A stretch of 64,000 nucleotides of DNA from Rotaria socialis (lineage: Eukaryota), in the NCBI GenBank assembly GCA_905331295.1, contig CAJNYD010000005.1, positions 248,001 through 312,000 on the forward strand, in the 5' to 3' direction. Positions 60,814 through 64,000 of the stretch are shown here, in pieces. Numbering within the stretch: position 1 is the first letter of the stretch; each line of letters opens with the position of its first letter. Made by a program: the position numbers and the translations under genes. Below the pieces are notes generated by a model that ran no database searches, was not told the DNA's origin, and was given only the letters and a program-made list of their open reading frames with translations.

Positions 60814-63228
60814 TCATGCTGACAAATAATTTGAACTTTTGGAACAGAACTTTCAGTGTTTGTATTAACATGAATTATTTAATATTCAATTTTTTCAGTA
60901 AAATAATTTTTCAAATCGACTATCAAGATAAAGGACACAAATATAATCTTTTATTGTCGAATAAAGTATTCAATTTCGTTTAAAAAATTACAATATCATG
61001 CGATAATTACTCAAGCTCGACTATTTCATGTCAACTTTGAATATTCTTTCAGTGAATAACACACATGTTCTGCCATATTCTAAGATGATCTGACTTTTTT
61101 GTATCAATATTAATGAACGAATTGAATACTGTATTGCTTTTGTGCAGAAGTAGTATTCGATGAAGATTATCTCAGTTTGAGAGTAGGTAACACATCGTAG
61201 ATGTATCCATTGTTTCGTTAGTTTAGATCCCATCACACCTCTTCTATGTTGCTTTTATTCATTGCTGAAGTCGTCTACATCAATTGATGAATCTTTCTTT
61301 TTTCTACATTTCACAATGGATCTATTGTATTTTTCAATAACGATTGCATTAATTACAGGTCTCATGAATGAGAAATATCTACATCTCTTGCACGATTGTA
61401 TTATATTTCAGAATATTGATGCAAACGTATATAGAGAAACACTCGTTATTCCTATAAAATACTTGTACTAGTTGAAGTTTGAGTAATTGTTTTTGAGAAA
61501 AATTAAAAATAATTATCAAACTGAAAACAAAAATACACATTTGTAGAAAGCAATATTTGAATATAGTTCAATCAGACTTTTAAAAACATATTCTTAAATT
61601 TATATATTTTCAAATGTTCTTATCTATGAAACCACGATGATACATTTTGCTGATAAATATTAATTATATTAGAAAGAAGCTACTCCATTCAATAAAATAG
61701 AACTAGTTCATCACTGAAGATAGTTTTTTTTAACTTATTCACTCAAGTTGATTTATGTTGCGGATTAATATCTTTACAAAAAGACAATCAACAGATTTCA
61801 CTTGTTCAGTAGCTACTCTACGTAATATATATAAAATGTAATAAAGCTGGTATGTTGGTCTATTCAGATTCACTGAATTGTTAACAGATTAAAGTTTGTA
61901 AGATTTAAAATGTTGTAAGAAATAGAAAATGTTGCAAAAGTACAAATAGGATCAGTTGACAGTACGAATAATGTTAATTCTATTTGACTCACTCATCCAT
62001 ATCTTTAAAGGTTTGATTGTAATCGTGTAAATTTCATTCGATTTAATTTAGAGAAAGCCTCTGTTATGTGCTAAATCATAGATCGAATATATTCTGCAGT
62101 ATATCGAACTAAAACAAATGACGAAACTTTAATTACTATACCGACACGTATGATCGAGAAACTTATCAATAGAAAAAGAGTTTCCAGGTGCACCATAATA
62201 AGTGTCTTAAACTTTAGAAACTATATTTTGATCAGTTTTTAAAATGTGAAATATTAAAGATGATGTGAAATGTATTTAATCAAACACACTTGAAGTGCTC
62301 AAATTAGAATCGACAATCAAATCAAATTTTAAAAAGTAACTCCTAATTGATTCATTCATCTAGCATTGATCTTCTAAAGACGTCAGTCTTGGTTACCACT
62401 TTTTTGAATCATATTTTGATGAATTAACTTATGATTGCAAAATATTTCGATAGATCCATTTAATTTCAACAACAAATGTTTGATCTAAATAGTATTTAGT
62501 GCCATTGTAAAACTGGAATAAACTGTACAAGTTGCTTTCATTGAAAAGAATTTGATAATCAATTTTATTGTGATACTAGAATGACAATTAAGTGTTAAAT
62601 ATAAATATCTTCGTTCTCTATCATAAATACTAGTAGCTAATTATTTTCTACATTTTCCCTAGCCCTTCTTTACGTCATCCATTTTATATGTAATAATGGA
62701 CTGTTTATACAATCATCATTGCAGTTTTTTGATTAGGTAGAAGGATTAGTAACATTTTTTGCAAATTAGTTATGTTCTTTACTTTATGGCAACACATAAA
62801 ACTAGACAGATACATCGTTCGAACACTATAAAATTCAGTATACTGCGAAAATTAGAATCATCAGCGACGACCAGCTCTTATTCGTATGTTTTGATTTCAT
62901 TTACAATATATTCTACAAGTCCTTGTGTTTCGATGTATAATCCTCGGTAAATAATCTTTAATTAATGATAAATAGAACCACAGATGACATGTTTATAGCA
63001 ACAATATTTATTGCGAAATATATCTATTTATCTTATATGCAACAATAAATCGATATACATATATATTTTCTTTGCCGAACCATTGGATTTCTCATAAGCA
63101 ACTTAATTTCATTTGAAGTTGACTCTCGCATTGCGTATAGTATGATACATGCATGTGATTCAATTGGATTTATCTGAAACAAAAACATCAAACAATTTAT
63201 TAACCTATCTTGAAACATTGTTTATAAT

Positions 63229-64000
63229 TCAGCTGTGTTTCCTATTTATTTGTAAAAAGTAGTAATCTAATTCTGATTGTTCAACGAGACTGGGTGCTTG
63301 AGCCATAAGATCTTTTCCATTGCCTGTTTTTGGAAAAGCTATTACATCTCGTATATGTTCTGTTTCGAGTACTAAAGCAAGTAGCCGATCCAATCCAAGT
63401 GCAATACCACCATGTGGTGGTGCACCATATTCGAGTGCTTGTAATAAATGTTCCAAATGTTCAATTGGTAATTGAAGAACATCATTAAGAACAAAGCGTT
63501 GTATAGATGAATCATAAATTCGAATTGAACCACCAGCAACTTCAAAGCCATTTAAAACGAGATCATAATGTTGACCTGTAATATGTGGCCAATCTTTTTT
63601 TGATGATAAAAGTGATACATGTTCATTGATTGGGGCTGTAAATGGGTGATGTGTTGACTCAAATTTTGTTCGATCATCTTCCATTGGTGTAAATAACGGA
63701 AAATCTATAATCCATAAAAAGTTCCATTGACGTCTTTTTCTTAATTCAATTCCATAATGTTTTTCGAGTACATCAGCTAAGTTCAAACGAAATTTGCCCA
63801 TTTTAATTAAACATTCTTGTTCATTATTTGTTTTATTTAAAAGAAATTTTCTATTATTTGCATCATATTTTATATCATTGTCACCATCGATTAAATCGTT
63901 GGCATTATTTATTGGAATAGGACTTGTTATTGAAAGTTGTTCTGAACTATGTTCGATTTCAAGACCAAAACGTGTATCAGGTTTATCTGTTCCATAACGT
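63229..64000 (-). CDS. DARS2: Mitochondrial aspartyl-tRNA synthetase, 3' part
   Basis: RYGTDKPDTRF, FLWIIDFPLF, STHHPFTAP, HYDLVLNGFEVAGGSIRI, YGAPPHGGIALGLDRL, IRDVIAFPKT. Confidence 0.95.
   Translation of the reverse strand, partial: RYGTDKPDTRFGLEIEHSSEQLSITSPIPINNANDLIDGDNDIKYDANNRKFLLNKTNNEQECLIKMGKFRLNLADVLEKHYGIELRKRRQWNFLWIIDFPLFTPMEDDRTKFESTHHPFTAPINEHVSLLSSKKDWPHITGQHYDLVLNGFEVAGGSIRIYDSSIQRFVLNDVLQLPIEHLEHLLQALEYGAPPHGGIALGLDRLLALVLETEHIRDVIAFPKTGNGKDLMAQAPSLVEQSELDYYFLQINRKHS

Noticed and set aside
61021..62950. Stop-poor stretches that might be a decayed gene
   Set aside because: No recognisable motif or consistent splice structure.

Overview
AT-rich eukaryotic (animal) genomic DNA with many short GT-AG introns and abundant MITEs. 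Gene content and repeat style suggest a bdelloid rotifer (inference). Spliced by hand, left to right: the 3' part of a transmembrane death-domain gene, a CD225/dispanin pseudogene, an ARM-like/TIR/SAM-like gene, a compact minus-strand cluster (BLM-type RecQ helicase carrying an unexpected N-terminal RING finger, SKP1, RFWD3), a divergent second SKP1 paralog, a ZDHHC palmitoyltransferase, RPL31, a SET-less PRDM8/ZNF488-like zinc finger gene, a DD37E Tc1/mariner relic, an F-box gene, a non-slicer Argonaute with two nonsense codons, a secreted peptide precursor, a divergent calcineurin A and the 3' end of mitochondrial AspRS. The best candidates for something undescribed are the RING-BLM fusion in an operon-like RFWD3-SKP1-BLM cluster, the ARM-TIR-SAM protein, the SKP1 paralog with altered cullin and F-box surfaces, and the peptide precursor. 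Several single-N gaps sit beside locally duplicated sequence, which suggests assembly artefacts. Exon boundaries were derived manually and may be off by a few bases.
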